This document shows positions 49,450 through 59,178 of a DNA stretch of 64,000 bases, piece after piece. Each line of letters opens with the position of its first letter. Within the stretch, counting starts at the first letter, position 1. The DNA comes from Candidatus Bathyarchaeia archaeon. Lineage in GTDB: Archaea; Thermoproteota; Bathyarchaeia; Bathyarchaeales; Bathycorpusculaceae. A program made the translations under genes and the position numbers. The notes beneath the pieces were generated by a model. That model ran no database searches, had not been told where the DNA came from, and saw only the letters and a list, made by a program, of their open reading frames with translations. The stretch is taken from the NCBI GenBank assembly GCA_038727135.1, contig JAVYWL010000001.1, positions 1-64,000 on the forward strand, in the 5' to 3' direction.

Positions 49450-49854
49450 TCAGATACTATGTTTAGATTCGGCACTGAGAAATGCCAATATGGTACTTGT
49501 TACGGGCAATATGAACCCGACTGGTACCACAGGGGCTGTTGCGAGCTCAGGTTTAATTTTGCATAAAATAACAGGTAGCCCCAAAAATCCTCCAGTTAAT
49601 GCTCCCGCAGATACTAGCACTCCCCCCAACCTTGACTTTTGCAGCAAGACGAGAGTACCTCCAATAGTCATGAGTGATCCTCCTATATAGAGGAGAGGGT
49701 GTAAAAGAAAATATGCATAGTTTGTTGCATGCAAAGTTAAAACTCCGCTCGCAATTCCTAGCATAGCTGAAACCCAACGATAAAGGGTTTTTCTTTCCAC
49801 ATTTCTACGGTTAGTCTCTATTTTTTCTGGCGTATTCCATCCAGACAAGCTCAA
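49450..49854 (-). CDS. Hypothetical 4-TM membrane protein
   Basis: Gly-rich hydrophobic helices; lies between motif B copies. Confidence 0.6.
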   Translation of the reverse strand: MSLSGWNTPEKIETNRRNVERKTLYRWVSAMLGIASGVLTLHATNYAYFLLHPLLYIGGSLMTIGGTLVLLQKSRLGGVLVSAGALTGGFLGLPVILCKIKPELATAPVVPVGFILPVTSTILAFLSAESKHSI

Positions 49855-50107
49855 AATCTCCAGAATAAACTGTGGAATCCATCTATTATTCCTTTCGAAT
49901 TTATATGCGCAGCTAAAAATTTGATGCGAAAGGGAAAAAGGTGAGGTTGGGTTTGGGGATTAAATTTTTATGCAATAGCATTATAGCTTAACACGTGATG
50001 CACAAAGAACTTTAGTGTAAGAAAATCTAGAGGGGAGGGGATAGTCACTTTAGGCTGTTCTTCAAAGCCATTTTCGCAGTTGAAAATCTATAGAGGACTA
50101 GCGGCTA

Positions 50108-50131
50108 TTGGCTTTGGAAAAAGCCAAAAAA
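50108..50131 (-). terminator. Hairpin/T-tract downstream of sudA
   Basis: TTGGCTTT-GGAA-AAAGCCAA; T-rich on the minus strand. Confidence 0.4.
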
Positions 50132-50181
50132 TGTATAGAGGGGTATCCAATTTATGGTTTGGCGGAAGCCTAAATTTGACT

Positions 50182-52417
<2,236 letters not shown>

Positions 52418-52421
52418 AGGG

Positions 52422-53630
52422 CTAAGCCTCCGTTTTTAAAGGTTTTATTGGCGGTAAAGCCGCAACCCTCCTAACAAAGTCTTCGAGTTTTTTCTCAAAT
52501 TTTCCAGCATCCCTCGGGGAAGCCTCATAAAGCTCAAAACGCTCAATCAAGCCCATCTTCTTCAAAACATCCCTAAGAACAGCCATGTTTCTCTCCGCTG
52601 TGTCACGTCCCTCTTGAAGCTTGCAGTCATCAGCGGAACACACAACAGCCACAACTCCATCGAAGCCATTCCTCAAAGCATTAACAACATGAACAGGGTC
52701 AAGAGCCTTAAAACATGGAACCTCAAGCGTCACAGCATTCCGCTTGAAAAGAATGCCATTCGGATTGTCGAGAGCTAAGAACTCAGACCACTGACAACAG
52801 AAGACAAGGATTACTGGTGACTTGCCCTCAGCCTTTAACTTAATGGCTGAATCGACATAACGCTTCAAAACATTCTCAAATTCAAAACCCTTAACTTGGA
52901 TGGCGTGATGCGGACAGACCAAGGCGCAAGCGCCACAGCCCATACAGTAGTCGCTTAGGATTTTTGGCGTGGCAAAGGGCTCCGCCTCTATGGCGGTGTA
53001 TGGGCATATGAAAACACATTTGTCGCAGCCGACGCACTTCATGGTGTCATAAACAGCCTTCCGCGAATATTTAACAACCCGAACCACATCCTTGCTGAAG
53101 CCAAGCTCTTCAAGAACCCTTCTTCCGAGGAAAAGCCTCCTCGTATTGATTTTTGTGCCTTCTTTGAAGCGGCAAAACGAGTCCTCACACTGAATTGAAA
53201 CAACATTTTTAATGCCGGAACCCAAAACCCTGAATATGAATTCTGTTGGAACACGCCCAGAACACGGCAAACGCAGCGGAATATAATCCCTTATGCCTAA
53301 GCCCTGCCCAGCCAGAATTTCTTCAACTTCCCTTGTTGAAGGGGAGTTTCCACGACACATGAGCACAAGTGTTTCAGCCCCAGTTCTTTTCTGTTCTTTC
53401 TCAACGTAGCCCACCAAGCTTTCATAATCATAGTAAACTATTTCTATGGCGAAAACCGGACATGCGCTATAACATATGCCACAAACTTGACACTTCTGGA
53501 TGTCTATTTCCACCTTTCCAGTTTCAGCATCCCGCTTTATGGCTTCGTAGGGGCATATAGAATAACATATGGAACAGCGGCTACAGTAATCTTGGTTTAC
53601 GCTTACAACAACCGTTTGTTCCTCGCCCAT
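52422..53630 (-). CDS. Tandem (ferredoxin-MvhD)x2 Fe-S protein
   Basis: Two 2x[4Fe-4S] domains, each followed by an MvhD-like domain (LPCSGR/CEDSFC; CCQW, VPCF, CSADDC). Confidence 0.8.
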   Translation of the reverse strand: MGEEQTVVVSVNQDYCSRCSICYSICPYEAIKRDAETGKVEIDIQKCQVCGICYSACPVFAIEIVYYDYESLVGYVEKEQKRTGAETLVLMCRGNSPSTREVEEILAGQGLGIRDYIPLRLPCSGRVPTEFIFRVLGSGIKNVVSIQCEDSFCRFKEGTKINTRRLFLGRRVLEELGFSKDVVRVVKYSRKAVYDTMKCVGCDKCVFICPYTAIEAEPFATPKILSDYCMGCGACALVCPHHAIQVKGFEFENVLKRYVDSAIKLKAEGKSPVILVFCCQWSEFLALDNPNGILFKRNAVTLEVPCFKALDPVHVVNALRNGFDGVVAVVCSADDCKLQEGRDTAERNMAVLRDVLKKMGLIERFELYEASPRDAGKFEKKLEDFVRRVAALPPIKPLKTEA

Positions 53631-53736
53631 TCTATCAGATCTCCAAATCACCGGCTTACTTTAACGCCATCAACGCCAGAAATTCTGAATGAAAGACCAT
53701 AGAATAATATAATATTTTTGGAGCAAAATTGACGCA

Positions 53737-54708
53737 TTATTGCTTGAAATAGTAGGGTCTGCGAATAAAACCATAAGCCTCTAGGGCAGCAGTTATTCCC
53801 TGCCCCACGGCAGTCCCAACTTGCTTTACCGGATGATTGGTAACATCGCCAGCCGCATAAACCCCAGGAAGGTTAGTTCTTTGACGAGAATCAACAATTA
53901 TGTAGCCATGCTCGTCCACAGCCACACCGGCTTCTCTAGCGAGTTGGCTGTTAGGCTTTTCGCCAACCTGAACAAAAATTCCATCCACTGAGAGTTCTGT
54001 GACGGTGCCTGTTTTGGCGTTAAAGAGCACAGCCTTGTTGACGAGCTTTTCGCCCTTAATCTCCCTCAATTCAGTGTTCCAAAAAACCTCAACATTAGGC
54101 TTTCCCAATAAAGCCCTAACACGCGCCTCCTCAGCCCTAAAAGCGTCCCTTCTATGCACAACCTTAACCTCCGAGGCTAAATCAGCCAGATAGAGGGCTG
54201 TAGCCACAGCAGAGTTGCCACCGCCAACCACTAGAACCCGTTTACCTTTGAAAAGGGGACCATCACAAATAGCACAATAGCTTACTCCTCTGCCCCGAAA
54301 TTCCTTTTCGCCTAGAACGCCAAGCTCAGTGAAGCTTGTGCCAGATGCAATGATAACAGCCTTAGCCCTATAGGAAGCTTTAACGGTTTCAACAATTTTA
54401 TCCTCGCCCTTCAAGTTTAGGCTTGTAACCTTTTCAAACTCTCGGATTTCTGTGCCAAGCTTCCTACATTGCGCCACAATTTTCTGCATAAGCTCAAGCC
54501 CGCTTATCCGCTCGAAACCAGGATAGTTCTCGATTATTGGGGCGTCAGCGGCTGTTCCACCAGCAATCTTCTCCTCCAAAATTAACGTTTTCAATCCGCT
54601 TCTAACAGCGTAAATTCCAGCCGTTAAGCCAGCGGCTCCAGCGCCAATTATTATTATTTCCCAGTCTTCCATCCCCAACAGCCTCGACAAGGTATTTAGT
54701 GCACTCAT
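53737..54708 (-). CDS. trxB: Thioredoxin reductase
   Basis: GAGAAG, ENYPG, VSYCAICDG, GGGNSA, AAGD. Confidence 0.93.
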   Translation of the reverse strand: MSALNTLSRLLGMEDWEIIIIGAGAAGLTAGIYAVRSGLKTLILEEKIAGGTAADAPIIENYPGFERISGLELMQKIVAQCRKLGTEIREFEKVTSLNLKGEDKIVETVKASYRAKAVIIASGTSFTELGVLGEKEFRGRGVSYCAICDGPLFKGKRVLVVGGGNSAVATALYLADLASEVKVVHRRDAFRAEEARVRALLGKPNVEVFWNTELREIKGEKLVNKAVLFNAKTGTVTELSVDGIFVQVGEKPNSQLAREAGVAVDEHGYIIVDSRQRTNLPGVYAAGDVTNHPVKQVGTAVGQGITAALEAYGFIRRPYYFKQ

Positions 54709-54728
54709 CTTAATTGTTTTGTTACCCG

Positions 54729-54878
54729 TTAGTCTTCTTCAAGGTCCATGTCAAGCTCAGCGATTTCAAGTTCGTAGCATTCCGGGCAAAGCCCATCATA
54801 GGTCTCATATTCCTCTCGCGTTATTTCTCTGCCACAAAGCAGGCAATGGTAGGTTTCTTCTTCCTCATCTTCCTCCAT
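54729..54878 (-). CDS. 49-aa acidic zinc-finger microprotein
   Basis: MEEDEEEETYHCLLCGREITREEYETYDGLCPECYELEIAELDMDLEED. Confidence 0.7.
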   Translation of the reverse strand: MEEDEEEETYHCLLCGREITREEYETYDGLCPECYELEIAELDMDLEED

Positions 54879-54914
54879 TCATAAGCCTCAAAACTTTATA
54901 TGCACACATTTGTT

Positions 54915-56024
54915 TTATAAGGCGAACGCCAAAAGCTCAGCCACATCCATAACTTGGATTTTACCCTCATTACCAGTTGTTTTTACAGCGTCTTCCATTG
55001 TAAGCATGCAAAAAGGACAAGCCACAGCCAAGATTTCCGCGCCGACATCAACAGCCTCCTTAACGCGGACCTCAGCCAAGCGCGGTCCTGGAATGTCAAC
55101 CCACATTCTTCCCCCGCCTCCTTCACAGCATAGGCTTCTGCTTCTTGAACGGTCAAACTCCAAAAGTGTAACGCCTTTTATGCTTTCTACAACTTTGCGG
55201 GGTTCATCGTAAATGTTGTTTTGCTTGCCAAGATAGCATGGGTCATGATAAATCACTTTTTTGGCTACTTCTTTTGATGGGTTTAACTTTCCAGTTTCAA
55301 TAAGTCTTGCCAAAAGCTGTGTGTGATGCTGGGGCTCAAAGCTCGTCTGATTATACCTGTTCTTAAAGGCGTGAAAACCATGGGGGCAGCTTGTAACCAG
55401 CTGTTTAACGCCGTACTTGCCAAAAATTTTCATGTTTTCCTCAACTAGGAATTCAAAAAGCCCCTTCTCACCCATGCCGTAGACTTCGCTCCCACAACAG
55501 TTTTCCTCCTCGCCCAAAACTCCGAAGCTAAGTCCAGCAGCCTCAAAACATTTCACAAGGCTTCTTGCGACACTTTGCACTCGCGGGTCGTAGGCTGGTG
55601 TGCACCCAACATAATATAGGATTTCAGCCCCTTGTGACACGTGCTTAACGTTTAAGCCTTGACTCCACTCGGTGCGTTTTCCACGAATCCTCCCCCACGG
55701 ATTACCGTTTTTGAATATGCTTTCTAGGGCATCCCTTATGGTTGGGGCTATCTGACCCTCTTCAACAGCCAAACTTCTAATGTCTATTAGAAACTCGTAG
55801 GGGTTCAAGTCTTTAGGGCAGCGGACACCACAAGTTGAGCATGTCGTGCAACTCCACAACTCGTTGGGCGGATGTATCACCAGCTTGCCTAAAGCTGAAA
55901 CTTCACGCATGTAACGTCTAATGTTAAGGTTTGCCTTTTTGGCGACTGGACAGCTTCCAGTGCACATGCCACATTGAATGCACTCCAAAAGTTTGTGCTT
56001 CTGTACAAGCTCTTGAGGGTTCAT
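54915..56024 (-). CDS. HdrD/GlpC-like Fe-S/CCG protein
   Basis: Two ferredoxin motifs, CCG, HDPCYLG, CCEGGGG, ACPFC. Confidence 0.88.
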   Translation of the reverse strand: MNPQELVQKHKLLECIQCGMCTGSCPVAKKANLNIRRYMREVSALGKLVIHPPNELWSCTTCSTCGVRCPKDLNPYEFLIDIRSLAVEEGQIAPTIRDALESIFKNGNPWGRIRGKRTEWSQGLNVKHVSQGAEILYYVGCTPAYDPRVQSVARSLVKCFEAAGLSFGVLGEEENCCGSEVYGMGEKGLFEFLVEENMKIFGKYGVKQLVTSCPHGFHAFKNRYNQTSFEPQHHTQLLARLIETGKLNPSKEVAKKVIYHDPCYLGKQNNIYDEPRKVVESIKGVTLLEFDRSRSRSLCCEGGGGRMWVDIPGPRLAEVRVKEAVDVGAEILAVACPFCMLTMEDAVKTTGNEGKIQVMDVAELLAFAL

Positions 56025-56119
56025 TCTATGTCACTTTGCTGAAAGTTGAAGGATAAGATTTTAAAAGCATTTTCCCTTTTAAGGGTTTAAACAATCATAC
56101 AATTTGGAGAAATCAACCA

Positions 56120-58498
56120 ATGTCAGAGGAAAAGAAAGGGCAAGCGAAACCCCGCATAGGAATTTTCGTATGCGAATGCGGCGGCAACATCGGGGACGTT
56201 GTTGACGTAAAGGCTGTTGTTGAAGCTGTCAAAAACTGGGAAGACGTCACAGTAGCAAAATATCATAAGTATTTGTGTTCAAAGCCAGCCCAGGAAATGA
56301 TTGCAGAAGCCATAAAAAAGGAAAACCTTGACAGAGTTGTGGTGGCTTCATGCACACCTAGAATGCATCTCGCCACCTTCCAAAGCGTTTTGGAAAGAGC
56401 TGGACTAAACCCCTACATGCTTGAATTCGTTAACATAAGAGAGCAAGACTCATGGGTTCATGGGCCGAAACCAAATCCCGAAGCAACGAGAAAGGCCATA
56501 AGCCTAATTAGGGGAGGTTATGAGCGCAGCCTTGAACTTGAGCCTCTGGAAATGATAAGCGAGAAGGGCTCAAGGGAAATTCTCATAGTAGGCGGCGGCA
56601 TAGCTGGCATAATGGCTGCCCTCCAGCTTGGATATTTGGGCTATAGAGTTCACCTTGTTGAGCGCAAGCCAAGCATAGGAGGAAACATGGCTAAACTTAC
56701 AAAGGTTTTCCCCACGCTGGACTGTGCCCAGTGCATTTTAACGCCTCGAATGGCTGAGGTTGGAAGAAACCCCAATGTGAACTTGCTAACGTATGCTGAG
56801 GTGCAGGATGTTAGCGGGCGCCCCGGCAACTATACGGTTCGCATTTTCATGAAGCCTAGAGGCGTTGACGTTGAAAAGTGCAGAAGCTGTGGTGTATGCG
56901 CAAAAGTTTGCCCTGTCACGGTTCCGGACGAGTTTAATGAGGGCTTATCCCAGCGGAAAGCAGCCTACATAGAGTTTCCACAAGCCGTTCCATCCGCCTA
57001 TGCCATAGACTTTAAAGCATGCACAAAATGTGGAAAATGTGAACAGTACTGTCCGGCGAAAGCCATAAACTTGAATGATACTGGCAAAATTGTTGAGTTG
57101 AATGTCGGCGCCATAATTTTGGCGACTGGCTATAAGCTTTATGACGCAAGGAAACTGGAAAATTATGGCTATGGCGTTTACAAAGACGTCATAACAATGA
57201 TGGACTTAGAAAGGCTGACATCGGCAACTGGACCAACAGGCGGCTATGTTAAGAGGGCTGATGGAAGCGACGTCCGAAAAATCGCCATAGTTTTATGCGC
57301 GGGCTCGAGGGACAAGAACCACATCCCATACTGCAGCCGAATATGCTGCATGTACGCCCTCAAACAAGCCTTTGTCCTTAAGAAAATGCTGGGAATAGAC
57401 GTAACAGTCTACTATACAGACATTAGGGCGACTGGAAAAGGCTATGAAGACTTGTACTGGCGAGACCAAGAAGCCGGCGTAGTCTTCATCAGAGGAAAAG
57501 TAGCGGAAGTATGGAAAAACGACAATGGAAAGCTTGTGGTCCAAGCTGAAGACACGTTAACTGGAGAAACCAGAGAAGATGAATTTGACATGGTGGCTTT
57601 GGCAACACCAATGGTTCCGCCAGACGGCTTGAAGGAACTGGCTGAAAAAATGAAAGTAGCCATAGGCGAAGACGGTTTCATAACGGAAAAACATCCAAAA
57701 CTCGACCCGGTGGATTCGCTTGTCACAGGAATTTTCGCATGCGGATGCGCCCTAAGCCCCAAAGACGTGAGAGACACCGTTTCAGACGCCCTAGGCGCAG
57801 CGGCAAGGGCAGCCTTATTCCTAAAAAGCGAATACGTAACCACAAGCCCCGAAAAAGCGTTCGTCATCACAGAATTATGCAATGGATGCGGCGAATGTAT
57901 AAAAATTTGCCCAGTAAACGCAATAACAATGCAGAATGGAAAAGCGAAAATAGACCCATTCCAGTGCACTGGTTGTGGCGCATGCATCCCAATATGCCCA
58001 CAAGAAGCCATAGACTTCAAAAACTCAACAACAAGACAGATAGCAGCCACTATAAGAGGAGTTTTAGCCGACAAAACGCCAGAGGAGATCCGAATAATAG
58101 CTTTCGTCGACAAGAATGTCGGATATACTGGAATGGACTTCTTGGGGCTTGACCGCACAAACTACCCGGAGAACATTCGTATAATAGCTGTTCCAACAAC
58201 GGCAATTCTTGGCAAGAAACAAGTACTCATGGCATTTGCGTATGGAGCAGACGGCGTGTTGGTAATTGAGGGAGGCGAGGAAATAGATGAGAAATTTACC
58301 AAAAAACGCATGATAGAAATGGGCAAGGAGCTTGCGGCTTTCGGAATAGAAACGATGAGGCTCAGATACAGCTACGTTCCATTACCAGTTTATAAGAAAG
58401 CCGCAGAACTCTTTACAATGTTCACTGATAGAATCAAAAAGTTTGGACCATTGGCAGAAGAAAAACGCCAGAACATAAGGCAGAAACTGCAACTATAA
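56120..58498 (+). CDS. hdrA: HdrA with degenerate C-terminal MvhD-like domain
   Basis: CECGGNI, SCTPR, KVFPTLDC, CAGSRD...CCMYALK. Confidence 0.9.
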   Translation: MSEEKKGQAKPRIGIFVCECGGNIGDVVDVKAVVEAVKNWEDVTVAKYHKYLCSKPAQEMIAEAIKKENLDRVVVASCTPRMHLATFQSVLERAGLNPYMLEFVNIREQDSWVHGPKPNPEATRKAISLIRGGYERSLELEPLEMISEKGSREILIVGGGIAGIMAALQLGYLGYRVHLVERKPSIGGNMAKLTKVFPTLDCAQCILTPRMAEVGRNPNVNLLTYAEVQDVSGRPGNYTVRIFMKPRGVDVEKCRSCGVCAKVCPVTVPDEFNEGLSQRKAAYIEFPQAVPSAYAIDFKACTKCGKCEQYCPAKAINLNDTGKIVELNVGAIILATGYKLYDARKLENYGYGVYKDVITMMDLERLTSATGPTGGYVKRADGSDVRKIAIVLCAGSRDKNHIPYCSRICCMYALKQAFVLKKMLGIDVTVYYTDIRATGKGYEDLYWRDQEAGVVFIRGKVAEVWKNDNGKLVVQAEDTLTGETREDEFDMVALATPMVPPDGLKELAEKMKVAIGEDGFITEKHPKLDPVDSLVTGIFACGCALSPKDVRDTVSDALGAAARAALFLKSEYVTTSPEKAFVITELCNGCGECIKICPVNAITMQNGKAKIDPFQCTGCGACIPICPQEAIDFKNSTTRQIAATIRGVLADKTPEEIRIIAFVDKNVGYTGMDFLGLDRTNYPENIRIIAVPTTAILGKKQVLMAFAYGADGVLVIEGGEEIDEKFTKKRMIEMGKELAAFGIETMRLRYSYVPLPVYKKAAELFTMFTDRIKKFGPLAEEKRQNIRQKLQL

Positions 58499-58578
58499 AG
58501 GTTAAATTCTCAGTTACGCTCATTCTTAACAACAACGATTAAAAGCACAAAACCCTATAATTTAGTATTGAGCATGAT

Positions 58579-58995
58579 ATGGGTGAAAAAGCCAAAAAAG
58601 TAAATCTCTTAAAACCTTTTGACGCAAATAAAATCTCAATTGAAAAAGATCGCTACTTCCACGACGCATACATAGTGGACTTACCATTAGAAGACATTCC
58701 GGACCATGTTTGGCAAGACATTTTCGAAAGAGAGTGGAAATTAAGCAGACACTTATGGGATAGAAAACTCTTCATTATAGGCAACAAGATAAGACTCATA
58801 ACAACGGAAGACGACTTCAAGGAAAAACTTGATTGGGTCGAACACGTTATAAACCAGACTAACAAAGCCGTAGACGAATATAACCGCAGCATAGAAGTCG
58901 CCAAAGAACTGGAAACTAAAAGAACCATGTGGGAGGAGAGAGCAACAATTGAGAGATTACGAGAAATATTAACTAGAAAATTCAGCCAAGTCTAA
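58579..58995 (+). CDS. Hypothetical protein
   Basis: 138-aa ORF with a coiled-coil C-terminus. Confidence 0.65.
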   Translation: MGEKAKKVNLLKPFDANKISIEKDRYFHDAYIVDLPLEDIPDHVWQDIFEREWKLSRHLWDRKLFIIGNKIRLITTEDDFKEKLDWVEHVINQTNKAVDEYNRSIEVAKELETKRTMWEERATIERLREILTRKFSQV

Positions 58996-59178
58996 ATAGA
59001 AAAGAAAAAACAGTCACTAAAAATTTAAAGGTTAGATTAAACCATCTTCACGTCTACTAAAAAGTAGTAAAAGTTTAATTTGAGTTCTGCACTTGTTTTG
59101 TCGGTGTAAACATGAGGGATTATGTTCTCTCGTGAAGACAAAACCTTTAATATCCCTCAAAACAGCTCAGAGAGTTTT

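Larger units (their letters stand above)
48131..49970. repeat. Motif B (GGGTTTGGG(G)ATTAAATTTT(T)A), 4 copies
   Basis: 48131-48152 (+), 48725-48748 (-), 49416-49441 (+), 49945-49970 (+); the last two share 23 identical bp. Confidence 0.85.

Noticed and set aside
47700-50180. Canonical CRISPR array
   Set aside because: No regularly spaced repeats with 30-45-bp spacers; copies are hundreds of bp apart and in mixed orientation.
57442-58158. 238-aa antisense ORF
   Set aside because: Mirror frame of hdrA with no independent motifs.
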